Assembly: GCA_964016885.1 (NCBI GenBank)
Contig: OZ024766.1
Span: 2,232,001-2,296,000, forward strand
DNA from: Eledone cirrhosa
Lineage: Eukaryota
Length of the DNA: 64,000 nucleotides
Reading direction: 5' to 3'
Position numbers and translations under genes: made by a program. This document shows, in pieces, positions 36,701-51,700 of this stretch; positions within the stretch are counted from its first letter, which is position 1; each line of letters opens with the position of its first letter. Under the pieces are notes generated by a model. It had not been told where the DNA came from. It saw only the letters and a list, made by a program, of their open reading frames with translations, and made no database searches.

Positions 36701-39700
36701 TTATAATGACGCTTTAGCTATTTTAGAGTCATTTTAGTCATTTATGATGCCGGTTTAGCCATTTTGGAGTCATTCTAGTCATTTATGATGCCGTTTTAGC
36801 CATTTTAGTCATTTATAATGACGTTTTATCCATTTTGGAGTCATTCTAGTCATTTATAATGCCGTTTTAGCCATTTTAGTCATTCCTACTGACGTTTTAG
36901 CTATTTTAGAGTCATTTGAGTCATTTAAGATGCATTTTTAAACATTTTGGAGTCATTTTAGTCATTTATGATGCGTTTTAGCCATTTTGGAGTCATTCTA
37001 GTCAATTATGATGCCGTATTAGCCATTTTAGTCATTGATAATGCCGTTTTAGCCATTTTAGAGTCATTTTAGTCATTTATGATGCTATTTTAGCCATTCT
37101 AGACACATTTTAGTCATTCATAATGCCGTTTTACCCATTTTAGTCATTCAAGATGCCGTTTTAACCATTTTGGAGTAATTTTAGTCATATATGATGCCGT
37201 TTTAGACATTTTGGAGTCATTCTAGTCATTTATGATACCGTTTTAGCCATTTTAGTCATTGATAATGCCGTTTTAGCCATTTTAGAGTCATTTTAGTCAT
37301 TTATGATGCTATTTTAGCCATTCTAGACACATTTTAGTCATTCATAATGCCGTTTTACCCATTTTAGTCATTTAAGATGCCGTTTTAACCATTTGGAGTC
37401 ATTTTAGTCATATATGATGCTGTTTGAGCCATTTTAGTCATTTATAACGACGTTTTAGATATTTTGGAGTCATTCTAGTCATTTATGATCCCGTTTGAGC
37501 CATTTTGGAGTAATTTCAGTCATTTATGATGCCGTTTTAGCCATTTTAGTCATTTATAATGACGCTTTAGCTATTTAAGTGTCATTTTAGTCATTTATGA
37601 TGCCGTTTTAGCCATTTTAGTCATTTATAATGACGCTTTAGCTATTTAAGAGTCATTTTAGTCATTTATGATGCCGGTTTAGCCATTTTGGAGTCATTCT
37701 AGTCATTTATGATGCTGTTTTAGCCATTTTAGTCATTCCTAATGACGTTTTAGCTATATTAGAGTCATTTGAGTCATTTAAGATGCATTTTTAACCATTT
37801 TGGAGTCATTTTAGTCATATATGATGCCGTTTTAGACATTTTGGAGTCATTCTAGTCATTTATTATGCCGTTTGAGCCATTTTAGTCATTTATAATGACG
37901 TTTTAGCTATTTAAGAGTCATTTCAGTCATTTATGATGCCCTTTTAGCCATTTTAGTCATTGATAATGCCGTTTTAGCCATTTTAGAGTCATTTTAGTCA
38001 TTTATGATGCTATTTTAGCCATTCTAGACACATTTTACTCATTCATAATGCCGTTGTACCCATTTTAGTCATTTAAGATGCTGGTTTAACCATTTTGGAG
38101 TCATTTTAGTTATATATGATGCCGTTTTAGACATTTTGGAGTCATTCTAGCCATTTATGATGCCGTTTGAGCCATTTTAGTCATTTATAATGATGTTTTA
38201 GCTATTTAAGAGTCATTTTAGTCATTTATGATGCCGTTTTAGCAATTTCAGTCATTTATAATGACGTTTTAGATATTTTGGAGTCATTCTAGTCATTTAT
38301 GATCCCGTTTTAGCCATTTTGGAGTGATTTCAGTCATTTATGATGCCGTTTTAGCCATTTTAGTCATTTATAATGACGCTTTAGCTATTTAAGAGTCATT
38401 TTAGTCATTTATGATGCCGTTTTAGCAATTTTAGTCATTTATAATGACGTTTTAGACATTTTAGAGTCATTTTAGTCATTTATGATGCTGGTTTAGCCAT
38501 TTTGGAGTCATTCTAGTCATTTATGATGCCGTTTTAGCCATTTTAGTCATTTATAATGACGTTTTATCCATTTTGAAGTCATTTTAGTCATTTATGATGC
38601 CGGTTTAGCCATTTTGGAGTCATTCTAGTCATTTATGATGCCGTTTTAGCCATTTTAGTCATTCCTAATGACGTTTTAGCTATATTAGAGTCATTTGAGT
38701 CATTTAAGATGCATTTTTAACCATTTTGGAGTCATTTTAGTCATTTATGATGCCTTTTAGCCATTTTGGAGTCATTCTAGTCATTTATGATGCCGTTTTA
38801 GCCATTTTAGTAATTGATAATGCCATTTTAGCTATTTTAGAGTCATTTTAGTCGTTTATGATGCTATTTTAGCCATTCTAGACAATTTCAGTCATTCATA
38901 ATGCCGTTTTACCCATTTCAGTCATTTAAGATGCCGTTTTAACTATTTTGGAGTCATTCTAGTCATATATGATGCCGTTTTAGACATTTTGGAGTCATTC
39001 TAGTCATTTATGATGCCGTTTTAGCAATTTTAGTCATTTATAATGCCGTTTTAGATATTTTGGAGTCATTCTAGTCATTTATGATCCCGTTTGAGCCATT
39101 TTGGAGTAATTTCAGTCATTTATGATGCCGTTTTAGCCATTTTAGTCATTTATAATGACGCTTTAGCTATTTAAGAGTCATTTTAGTCATTTATGATGCC
39201 GTTTTAGCCATTTTAGTCATTTATAATGACGCTTTAGCTATTTAAGAGTCATTTTAGTCATTTATGATGCCGGTTTAGCCATTTTGGAGTCATTCTAGTC
39301 ATTTATGATGCCGTTTTAGCCATTTCAGTCATTCCTAATGATGTCTTACCTATTTTAGAGTCATTTGAGTCATTTAAGATTCATTTTTAACCATTTTGGA
39401 GTCATTTTAGTCATTTATGATGCGTTTTAGCCATTTTGGAGTCATTTTAGTCATTTATGATGCTATTTTAGCCATTCTAGACACATTTTAGTCATTCATA
39501 ATGCCGTTTCACCCATTTTAGTCATTTAAGATGCCGTTTTAACCATTTTAGAGTCATTTTAGTTATATATGATGCCGTTTTAGACATTTTGGAGTCATTC
39601 TAGTCATTTATGATGCCGTTTGAGCCATTTTAGTCATTTATAATGACGTTTTACCTATTTAAGAGTCATTTTAGTCATTTATGATGCCGTTTTAGCAATT

Positions 39701-42700
39701 TTAGTCATTTATAATGACGTTTTAGATATTTTGGAGTCATTCTAGTCATTTATGATCTATCGATCCCCGTTTTAGCCATTTTGGAGTAATTTCAGTCATT
39801 TATGATGCCGTTTTAGCCATTTTAGTTATTTATAATGACGTTTTAGACATTCTAGAATCATTTTAGTCATTTATGATGCCGGATTAGCCATTTTGGAGTC
39901 ATTCTAGTCATTTATGATGCCGTTTTAGCCATTTTAGTCATTGATAATGCCGTTTTAGCCATTTTAGAGTCATTTTAGTCATTTTCGATGCTATTTTAGC
40001 CATTCTAGACACATTTTAGCCATTCATAATGCCGTTTTACCCATTTTAGTCATTTAAGATGCCGTTTTAACCATTTGGAGTCATTTTAGTCATATATGAT
40101 GCTGTTTGAGCCATTTTAGTCATTTATAACGACGTTTTAGATATTTTGGAGTCATTCTAGTCATTTATGATCCCGTTTGAGCCATTTTGGAGTAATTTCA
40201 GTCATTTATGATGCCGTTTTAGCCATTTTAGTCATTTATAATGACGCTTAGGCTATTTAAGTGTCATTTTAGTCATTTATGATGCCGTTTTAGCCATTTT
40301 AGTCATTTATAATGACGCTTTAGCTATTTAAGAGTCATTTTAGTCATTTATGATGCCGGTTTAGCCATTTTAGTCATTCCTAATGACGTTTTAGCTATAT
40401 TAGAGTCATTTGAGTCATTTAAGATGCATTTTTAACCATTTTGGAGTCATTTTAGTCATATATGATGCCGTTTTAGACATTTTGGAGTCATTTTAGTCAT
40501 TTATGATGCTATTTTAGCCATTCTAGACACATTTTACTCATTCATAATGCCGTTGTACCCATTTTAGTCATTTAAGATGCTGGTTTAACCATTTTGGAGT
40601 CATTTTAGTTATATATGATGCCGTTTTAGACATTTTGGAGTCATTCTAGCCATTTATGATGCCGTTTGAGCCATTTTAGTCATTTATAATGATGTTTTAG
40701 CTATTTAAGAGTCATTTTAGTCATTTATGATGCCGTTTTAGCAATTTCAGTCATTTATAATGACGTTTTAGATATTTTGGAGTCATTCTAGTCATTTATG
40801 ATCCCGTTTTAGCCATTTTGGAGTGATTTCAGTCATTTATGATGCCGTTTTAGCCATTTTAGTCATTTATAATGACGCTTTAGCTATTTAAGAGTCATTT
40901 TAGTCATTTATGATGCCGTTTTAGCCATTTTAGTCATTTATAATGACGTTTTAGACATTTTAGAGTCATTTTAGTCATTTATGATGCTGGTTTAGCCATT
41001 TTGGAGTCATTCTAGTCATTTATGATGCCGTTTTAGCCATTTTAGTCATTTATAATGACGTTTTATCCATTTTGGAGTCATTTTAGTCATTTATGATGCC
41101 GGTTTAGCCATTTTGGAGTCATTCTAGTCATTTATGATGCCGTTTTAGCCATTTTAGTCATTTCTAATGACGTTTTAGCTATATTAGAGTCATTTGAGTC
41201 ATTTAAGATGCATTTTTAACCATTTTGGAGTCATTTTAGTCATTTATGATGCCTTTTAGCCATTTTGGAGTCATTCTAGTCATTTATGATGCCGTTTTAG
41301 CCATTTTAGTAATTGATAATGCCATTTTAGCTATTTTAGAGTCATTTTAGTCGTTTATGATGCTATTTTAGCCATTCTAGACAATTTCAGTCATTCATAA
41401 TGCCGTTTTACCCATTTCAGTCATTTAAGATGCCGTTTTAACTATTTTGGAGTCATTCTAGTCATATATGATGCCGTTTTAGACATTTTGGAGTAATTCT
41501 AGTCATTTATGATGCCGTTTTAGCAATTTTAGTCATTTATAATGCCGTTTTAGATATTTTGGAGTCATTCTAGTCATTTATGATCCCGTTTGAGCCATTT
41601 TGGAGTAATTTCAGTCATTTATGATGCCGTTTTAGCCATTTTAGTCATTTATAATGACGCTTTAGCTATTTAAGAGTCATTTTAGTCATTTATGATGCCG
41701 TTTTAGCCATTTTAGTCATTTATAATGACGCTTTAGCTATTTAAGAGTCATTTTAGTCATTTATGATGCCGGTTTAGCCATTTTGGAGTCATTCTAGTCA
41801 TTTATGATGCCGTTTTAGCCATTTCAGTCATTCCTAATGATGTCTTACCTATTTTAGAGTCATTTGAGTCATTTAAGATTCATTTTTAACCATTTTAGAG
41901 TCATTTTAGTTATATATGATGCCGTTTTAGACATTTTGGAGTCATTCTAGTCATTTATGATGCCGTTTGAGCCATTTTAGTCATTTATAATGACGTTTTA
42001 CCTATTTAAGAGTCATTTTAGTCATTTATGATGCCGTTTTAGCAATTTTAGTCATTTATAATGACGTTTTAGATATTTTGGAGTCATTCTAGTCATTTAT
42101 GATCCCGTTTTAGCCATTTTGGAGTAATTTCAGTCATTTATGATGCCGTTTTAGCCATTTTAGTTATTTATAATGACGTTTTAGACATTCTAGAATCATT
42201 TTAGTCATTTATGATGCCGGATTAGCCATTTTGGAGTCATTTATAATGACGCTTAGGCTATTTAAGTGTCATTTTAGTCATTTATGATGCCGTTTTAGCC
42301 ATTTTAGTCATTTATAATGACGCTTTAGCTATTTAAGAGTCATTTTAGTCATTTATGATGCCGTTTTAGCCATTTTAGTCATTGATAATGCCGTTTTAGC
42401 CATTTTAGAGTCATTTTAGTCATTTTCGATGCTATTTTAGCCATTCTAGACACATTTTAGCCATTCATAATGCCGTTTTACCCATTTTAGTCATTTAAGA
42501 TGCCGTTTTAAACCATGTTGGAGTCATTTTAGTCATTTATGATGCTGTACGAGCCATTTTAGTCATTTATAACGACGTTTTAGATATTTTGGAGTCATTC
42601 TAGTCATTTATGATCCCGTTTGAGCCATTTTGGAGTAATTTCAGTCATTTATGATGCCGTTTTAGCCATTTTAGTCATTTATAATGACGCTTTAGCTATT

Positions 42701-45700
42701 TAAGTGTCATTTTAGTCATTTATGATGCCGTTTTAGCCATTTTCGTCATTTATAATGACGCTTTAGCTATTTAAGAGTCATTTTAGTCATTTATGATGCC
42801 GGTTTAGCCATTTTGGAGTCATTCTAGTCATTTATGATGCCGTTTTAGCCATTTTAGTCATTCCTAATGACGTTTTAGCTATCTTAGAGTCATTTGAGTC
42901 ATTTAAGATGCATTTTTAACCATTTTGGAGTCATTTTAGTCATATATGATGCCGTTTTAGAGATTTTGGAGTCATTCTAGTCATTTATGATGCCGTTTGA
43001 GCCATTTTAGTCATTTATAATGACGTTTTAGCTATTTAAGAGTCATTTCAGTCATTTATGATGCACTTTTAGCCATTTTAGTCATTGATAATGCCGTTTT
43101 AGCCATTTTATAGTCATTTTAGTCATTTATGATGCTATTTTAGCCATTCTAGACACATTTTAGTCATTCATAATGCCGTTTTACCCATTTTAGTCATTTA
43201 AGATTCTGGTTTAACCATTTTGGAGTCATTTTAGTTATATATGATGCCGTTTTAGACATTTTGGAGTCATTCTAGCCATTTATGACGCAGTTTGAGCCAT
43301 TTTAGTCATTCATAATGACGTTTTAGCTATTTAAGAGTCATTTTAGTCATTTATCATGCCGTTTTAGCAATTTTAGTCATTTATAATGACGTTTTAGATA
43401 TTTTGGAGTCATTCTAGTCATTTATGATCCCGTTTTAGCCATTTTGGAGTGATTTCAGTCATTTATGATGCCGTTTTAGCCATTTTAGTCATTTATAATG
43501 ACGCTTTAGCTATTTAAGAGTCATTTTAGTCATTTATAATGCCGTTTTAGCCATTTTAGTCATTTATAATGACGTTATAGACATTTTAGAGTCATTTTAG
43601 TCATTTATGATGCCGGTCTAGCCATTTTGGTGTCATTCTAGTCATTTATGATGCCGTTTTAGCCATTTTAGTCATTTATAATGACGTTTTATCCAGTTTG
43701 GAGTCATTCTAGTCATTTATAATGCCGTTTTAGCCATTTTAGTCATTTAAGATGCCGTTTTAACCATTTTGGAGTCATTTTAGTCATTTATGATGCGTTT
43801 TAGCCATTTTGGAGTCATTCTAGTCAATTATGATGCCGTATTAGCCATTTTAGTCATTGATAATGCCGTTTTAGCCATTTTAGAGTCATTTTAGTCATTT
43901 ATGATGCTATTTTAGCCATTCTAGACACATTTTAGTCATTCATAATGTCGTTTTAACCCATTTTAGTCATTCAAGATGCCGTTTTAAACATTTTGGAGTA
44001 ATTTTAGTCATATATGATGCCGTTTTAGACATTTTGGAGTCATTCTAGTCATTTATGATGCCGTTTTAGCCATTTTAGTCATTGATAATGCCGTTTTAGC
44101 CATTTTAGAGTCATTTTAGTCATTTTCGATGCTATTTTAGCCATTCTAGACACATTTTAGTCATTCATAATGCCGTTTTACCCATTTTAGTCATTTAAGA
44201 TGCCGTTTTAACCATTTTGGAGTCATTTTAGTCATATATGATGCTGTTTGAGCCATTTTAGTCATTTATAACGACGTTTTAGATATTTCGGAGTCATTCT
44301 AGTCATTTATGATCCAGTTTGAACCATTTTGGAGTAATTTCAGTCATTTATGATGCCGTTTTAGCCATTTTAGTCCTTTATAATGACGCTTTAGCTATTT
44401 AAGTGTCATTTTAGTCATTTATGATGCCGTTTTAGCCATTTTAGTCATTTATAATGACGCTTTAGCTATTTAAGAGTCATTTTAGTCATTTATCATGCCG
44501 GTTTAGCCATTTTGGAGTCATTCTAGTCATTTATGATGCCGTTTTAGCCATTTTAGTCATTCCTAATGACGTTTTAGCTATTTTAGAGTCATTTGAGTCA
44601 TTTAAGATGCATTTTTAACCATTTTGGAGTCATTTTAGTCATATATGATGCCATTTTAGACATTTTGGAGTCATTCTAGTCATTTATGATGCCGTTTGAG
44701 CCATTTTAGTCATTTATAATGACGTTTTAGCTATTTAAGAGTCATTTCAGTCATTTATGATGCCCTTTTAGCCATTTTAGTCATTGATAATGCCGTTTTA
44801 GCCATTTTAGAGTCATTTTAGTCATTTATGATGCCTTTTAGCCATTTTGGAGTCATTCTAGTCATTTATGATGCCGTTTTAGCCATTTTAGTCATTGATA
44901 ATGCCATTTTACCTATTTTAGAGTCATTTTAGTCATTTATGATGCTATTTTAGCCATTCTAGACACATTTTAGTCATTAATAATGCCGTTTTACCCATTT
45001 TTGTCATTTAAGATGCTGGTTTAACCATTTTGGAGTCATTCTAGTCATTTATGATCCCGTTTTAGCCATTTTGGAGTGATTTCAGTCATTTATGATGCCG
45101 TTTTAGCCATTTTAGTCATTTATAATGACGCTTTAGCTATTTAAGAGTCATTTTAGTCATTTATGATGCCGTTTTAGCAATTTTAGTCATTTATATTGAC
45201 GTTTTAGACATTTTAGAGTCATTTTAGTCATTTATGATGCCGGTTTAGCCATTTTGGAGTTATTCTAGTCATTTATGATGCCGTTTTAGCCATTTTAGTC
45301 ATTTATAATGACGTTTTATCCATTTTGGAGTCATTTTAGTCATTTATGATGCCGGTTTAGCCATTTTGGAGTCATTCTAGTCATTTATGATGCCGTTTTA
45401 GCCATTTTAGTCATTCCTAATGACGTTTTAGCTATATTAGAGTCATTTGAGTCATTTAAGATGCATTTAAAACCATTTTTGGAGTCATTTTAGTCATTTA
45501 TGATGCCTTTTAGCCATTTTGGAGTCATTCTAGTCATTTATGATGCCGTTTTAGCCATTTTAGTCATTGATAATGCCATTTTAGCTATTTTAGAGTCATT
45601 TTAGTCATTTATGATGCTATTTTAGCCATTCTAGACACATTTTAGTCATTCATAATGCCGTTTTACCCATTTTAGTCATTTAAGATGCCGTTTTAAACCA

Positions 45701-48700
45701 TTTTGGAGTCATTTTAGTCATATATGATGCCGTTTTAGCCATTTTGGAGTAATTCCAGTCATTTATGATGCCGTTTTAGCCATTTTAGTCATCTATAATG
45801 ACGCTTTAGCTATTTAAGAGTCATTTTATTCATTTATGATGCAGTTTTAGCCATTTTAGTCATTCTTAATGACGTTTTAGCTATTTTAGAGTCATTTGAG
45901 TAATTTAAGACGCCGTTTTAACCATTTTGGAGTCATTCTAGTCATTTATGATGCCGTTGTAGCTAAAACGTCATTATAAATGACTAAAATGGCTCAAACG
46001 GCATCATAAATGACTAGAATGAATCCAAAATGTCTAAAACGGCATCATATATGACTAAAATGACTCCAAAATGGTTAAAACGGCATCTTAAATGACTAAA
46101 ATGGGTAAAAACGGCATTATGAATGACTAAAATGTGTCTAGAATGGTTAAAATAGCATCATAAATGACTAAAATGACTCTAAAATGGCTAAAACGGCATT
46201 ATCAATGACTAAAATTGCTAAAAGGGCATCATAAATGACTGAAATGACTCTTAAATAGCTAAAACGTCATTATAAATGACTAAAATGGCTCAAACGGCAT
46301 CATAAATGACTAAAATGACTCTAAAATGTCTAAAACGGCATTATCAATGACTAAAATGGCTAAAACGGCATCATAAATGACTGAAATGACTCCAAAATGG
46401 CTAAAACGGGATCATAAATGACTAAAATGACTCTTAAATAGCTAAAACGTCATTATAAATGACTAAAATGGCTCAAACGGCATCATAAATGACTAAAATG
46501 ACTCTAAAATGTCTAAAACGGCATTATCAATGACTAAAATGGCTAAAACGGCATCATAAATGACTGAAATGACTCCAAAATGTCTAAAACGGCATCATAT
46601 ATGACTAAAATGACTCCAAAATGGTTAAAACGGCATCTTAAATTACTAAAATGGGTAACACGGCATTATGAATGACTAAAATGTGTCTAGAATGGCTAAA
46701 ATAGCATCATAAATGACTAAAATGACTCTAAAATGGCTAAAACGGCATTATCAATGACTGAAATGGCTAAAACGGCATCATAAATGACTAGAATGACTCC
46801 AAAATGGCTAAAACGCATCATAAATGACTAAAATGACTCCAAAATGGTTAAAAATGCATCTTAAATGACTCAAATGACTCTAAAATAGCTAAAACGTCAG
46901 TAGGAATGACTAAAATGGCTAAAACGGCATCATGAATGACTAGAATGACTCCAAAATGGATAAAACGTCATTATCAATGACTAAAGTGGCTAAAACGGCA
47001 TCATAAATGACTAGAATGACTCCAAAATGGCTAAACCGGCATCATAAATGACTAAAATGACTCTAAAATGTCTAAAACGTCATTATAAATGACTAAAATG
47101 GCTAAAACGGCATCATAAATGACTGAAATTACTCCAAAATGGCTAAAACGGGATCATAACTAGAATGACTCCAAAATGTCTAAAACGGCATCATATATGA
47201 CTAAAATGACTCCAAAATGGTTAAAACGGCATCTTAAATGACTAAAATGGGTAAAACGGCATTATGAATGACTAAAATGTGTCTATAATGGCTAAAATAG
47301 CATAATAAATGACTAAAATGACTCTAAAATGGCTAAAACGGCATTATCAATGATTAAATGGCTAAAAAGGCATGATAAATGACTAGAATGACGCCAAAAT
47401 GTCTAAAACGCATCATGAATGATTAAAATGACTCCAAAATGGTTAAAAATGAATATTAAATGACTCAAATGACTCTAAAATATGTAAAAACATCAATTAG
47501 GAATGACTAAAATTGCTCAAACGGCATCATAAATGATTAAAATGACTCTTAAATAGCTAAAGCGTCATTATGAATGACTAAAATGGCTAAAACGGCATTA
47601 TAAATGACTAAAATTGCTAAAACGGCATCCTAAATGACTAAAATGACTCTTAAATAGCTTAAACAGCATCATAAATGACGAAAATGACTCTAAAATGGTT
47701 AAAACAGCATCATATATGACTAAAATGACTCCAAAATGGTTAAAACGGCATCTTAAATGACTAAAATGGGTAAATCGGCATTATGAATGACTAAAATGTG
47801 TCTAGAATGGCTAAAATAGCATCATAAATGACTAAAATGGCTAAAACGGCATTATCAATGACTAAAATGGCTAAAACGGCATCAGAAATGACTAGAATGA
47901 CTCCAAAATGGCTAAAACGCATCATAAATGACTAAAATTACTCCAAAATGGTTTAAACGCATCATAAATGACTAAAATGACTCCAAAATGGTTAAAAATG
48001 CATCTTAAATGAATCAAATGACTCTAAAATAGCTAAAACGTCATTAGGAATGACTAAAATGGCTAAAACGGCATCATAAATGACTAGAATGACTCCAAAA
48101 TGGATTAAACGTCATTATAAATGACTAAAATGGCTAAAACGCCATCATAAATGACTGAAATTACTCCAAAATGGCTAAAACGGGATCATAAATGACTGGA
48201 ATGACTCAAAATATCGAACACGGCATCATATATGACTAAAATGACTCCAAAATGGTTAAAACGGCATCTTAAATGACTAAAATGGGTAAAACGGCATTAT
48301 GAATGACTAAAATGTGTCTAGAATGGCTAAAATAGCATCATAAATGACTTAAATGACTCTAAAATAGGCTAAAACGGCATTATCAATGACTAAAATGGCT
48401 AAAAGGGCATCATAAATGACGGAAATGACTCTTAAATAGCTAAAAAGTCATCATAAATGACTAAAATGGCTTAAACGGCATCATAAATGACTAGAATGAC
48501 TCCAAAATGTCTAAAACGGCATCATATATGACTAAAATGACTCCAAAATGGTTAAAACGGCATCTTAAATGACTAAAATGGGTAAAACGGCATTATGAAT
48601 GACTAAAATGTGTCTAGAATGGCTAAAATAGCATCATAAATGACTAAAATGACTTTAAAATGGCTAAAACGGCATTATGAATGACTAAAATGGCTAAAAC

Positions 48701-51700
48701 GGCATCATAAATGACTAGAATGACTCCAAAATGGCTAAAACGCATCATAAATGACTAAAATTACTCCAAAATGGTTAAAACGGCATCTTAAATGACTAAA
48801 ATGGGTAAAACGGCATCATAAATGACTAAAATGTGTCTAGAATGGCTAAAATAGCATCATAAATGACTAAAATAACTTTAAAATGGCTAAAACGGCATTA
48901 TGAATGACTAAAATGGCTTAAAACGGCATCATAAATGACTAGAATGACTCCAAAATGGCTAAAACGCATCAAAATGACTAAAATTACTCCAAAATGGTTA
49001 AAAATGCATCTTAAATGACTCAAATGACTCTAAAATAGGTTAAAACATCAGTAGGAATGACTAAAATTGCTAAAACGGCATCATAAATGACTAGAATGAC
49101 TCTGAAATGGATAAAACGTCATTATAAATGACTAAAATGGCTAAAACGGCATCATAAATGACAGAAACTACTCCAAAATGGCTAAACCGGCATCATAAAT
49201 GACTAAATGACTCTAAAATGTCTAAAACGTTATTATAAATGACTAAAATGGCTAAAACGGCATCATAAATGACTGAAATTACTCCAAAATGGCTAAAACG
49301 GCATCATAAATGACTAAAATGACTCTAAAATGTCTAAAACGTTATTATAAATGACTAAAATTGCTAAAACGGCATCATAAATGACTAAAATGACTCTTAA
49401 ATAGCTAAAACGTCATTATGAATGACTAAAATGGCTCAAACGGCCTCATAAATGACTAGAATGACTCCAAAATGTCTTAAACGGCATCATATATGACTAA
49501 AATGACTCCAAAATGGTTAAAACGGCATCTTAAATTACTAAAATGGGTAACACGGCATTATGAATGACTAAAATGTGTCTAGAATGGCTAAAATAGCATC
49601 ATAAATGACTAAAATGACTCTAAAATGGCTAAAACGGCATTATCAATGACTAAAATGGCTAAAACGGCATCATAAATGACTAGAATGAATCCAAAATGGC
49701 TAAAACGCATCATAAATGACTAAAATGACTCCAAAATGGTTAAAAATGCATCTTAAATGACTCAAATGACTCTAAAATAGCTAAAACGTCATTAGGAATG
49801 ACTAAAATGGCTAAAACGGCATCACAAATGACTAGAATGACTCCAAAATGGATAAAACGTCATTATCAATGACTAAAGAGGCTAAAACGGCATCATAAAT
49901 GACTAGAATGACTCCAAAATGGTTAAACCGGCATCATAAATGACTAAAATGACTCTAAAATGTCTAAAATGTCATTATCAATGACTAAAATAGCTAAAAC
50001 GGCATCATAAATGACTAGAATGACTCCAAAATGGCTAAACCGGCATCATAAATGACTAAAATGACTCTAAATGGCTAAAACGGCATTATGAATGACTAAA
50101 ATGGCTAAAACGGCATCATAAATGACTAGAATGACTCCAAAATGGCTAAAACGCATCATAAATGACTAAAATTACTCCAAAATGGTTAAAACGGCATCTT
50201 AAATGACTAAAATGGGTAAAACGGCATCATAAATGACTAAAATGTGTCTAGAATGGCTAAAATAGCATCATAAATGACTAAAATGACTTTAAAATGGCTA
50301 AAACGGCATTATGAATGACTAAAATGGCTAAAACGGCATCATAAATGACTAGAATGACTCCAAAATGGCTAAAACGCATCAAAATGACTAAAATTACTCC
50401 AAAATGGTTAAAAATGCATCTTAAATGACTCAAATGACTCTAAAATAGGTAAAACATCAGTAGGAATGACTAAAATTGCTAAAACGGCATCATAAATGAC
50501 TAGAATGACTCTGAAATGGATAAAACGTCATTATAAATGACTAAAATGGCTAAAACGGCATCATAAATGACAGAAACTACTCCAAAATGGCTAAACCGGC
50601 ATCATAAATGACTAAAATGACTCTAAAATGTCTAAAACGTTATTATAAATGACTAAAATGGCTAAAACGGCATCATAAATGACTGAAATTACTCCAAAAT
50701 GGCTAAAACGGCATCATAAATGACTAAAATGACTCTAAAATGTCCTAAAACGTTATTATAAATGACTAAAATTGCTAAAACGGCATCATAAATGACTAAA
50801 ATGACTCTTAAATAGCTAAAACGTCATTATGAATGACTAAAATGGCTCAAACGGCCTCATAAATGACTAGAATGACTCCAAAATGTCTTAAACGGCATCA
50901 TATATGACTAAAATGACTCCAAAATGGTTAAAACGGCATCTTAAATTACTAAAATGGGTAACACGGCATTATGAATGACTAAAATGTGTCTAGAATGGCT
51001 AAAATAGCATCATAAATGACTAAAATGACTCTAAAATGGCTAAAAACGGCATTATCAATGACTAAAATGGCTAAAACGGCTTCATAAATGACTAGAATGA
51101 ATCCAAATGGCTAAAACGCATCATAAATGACTAAAATGACTCCAAAATGGTTAAAAATGCATCTGAAATGACTCAAATGACTCTAACATAGCTTAAAACG
51201 TCATTAGGAATGACTAAAATGGCTAAAACGGCATCACAAATGACTAGAATGACTCCAAAATGGATAAAACGTCATTATCAATGACTAAAGAGGCTAAAAC
51301 GGCATCATAAATGACTAGAATGACTCCAAAATGGCTAAACCGGCATCATAAATGACTAAAATGACTCTAAAATGGCTAAAACGGCATTATCAATGACTAA
51401 AATGGCTAAAACGGCATCATAAATGACTAAAATGACTCCAAAATGGCTAAAACCCATCATAAATGACTAAAATTACTCCAAAATGGTTTAAACGCATCAT
51501 GAATGACTAAAATGACTCCAAAATGGTTAAAAATGCATCTTGAATGACTTAAATGACTCTAAAATAGCTAAAACGTCATTAGGAATGACTAAAATGGCTA
51601 AAACGGCATCATAAATGACTAGAATGACTCCAAAATGTCTAAAACGGCATCATATATGACTAAAATGACTCAAAATGGTTTAAAACGGCATCTTAAATGA

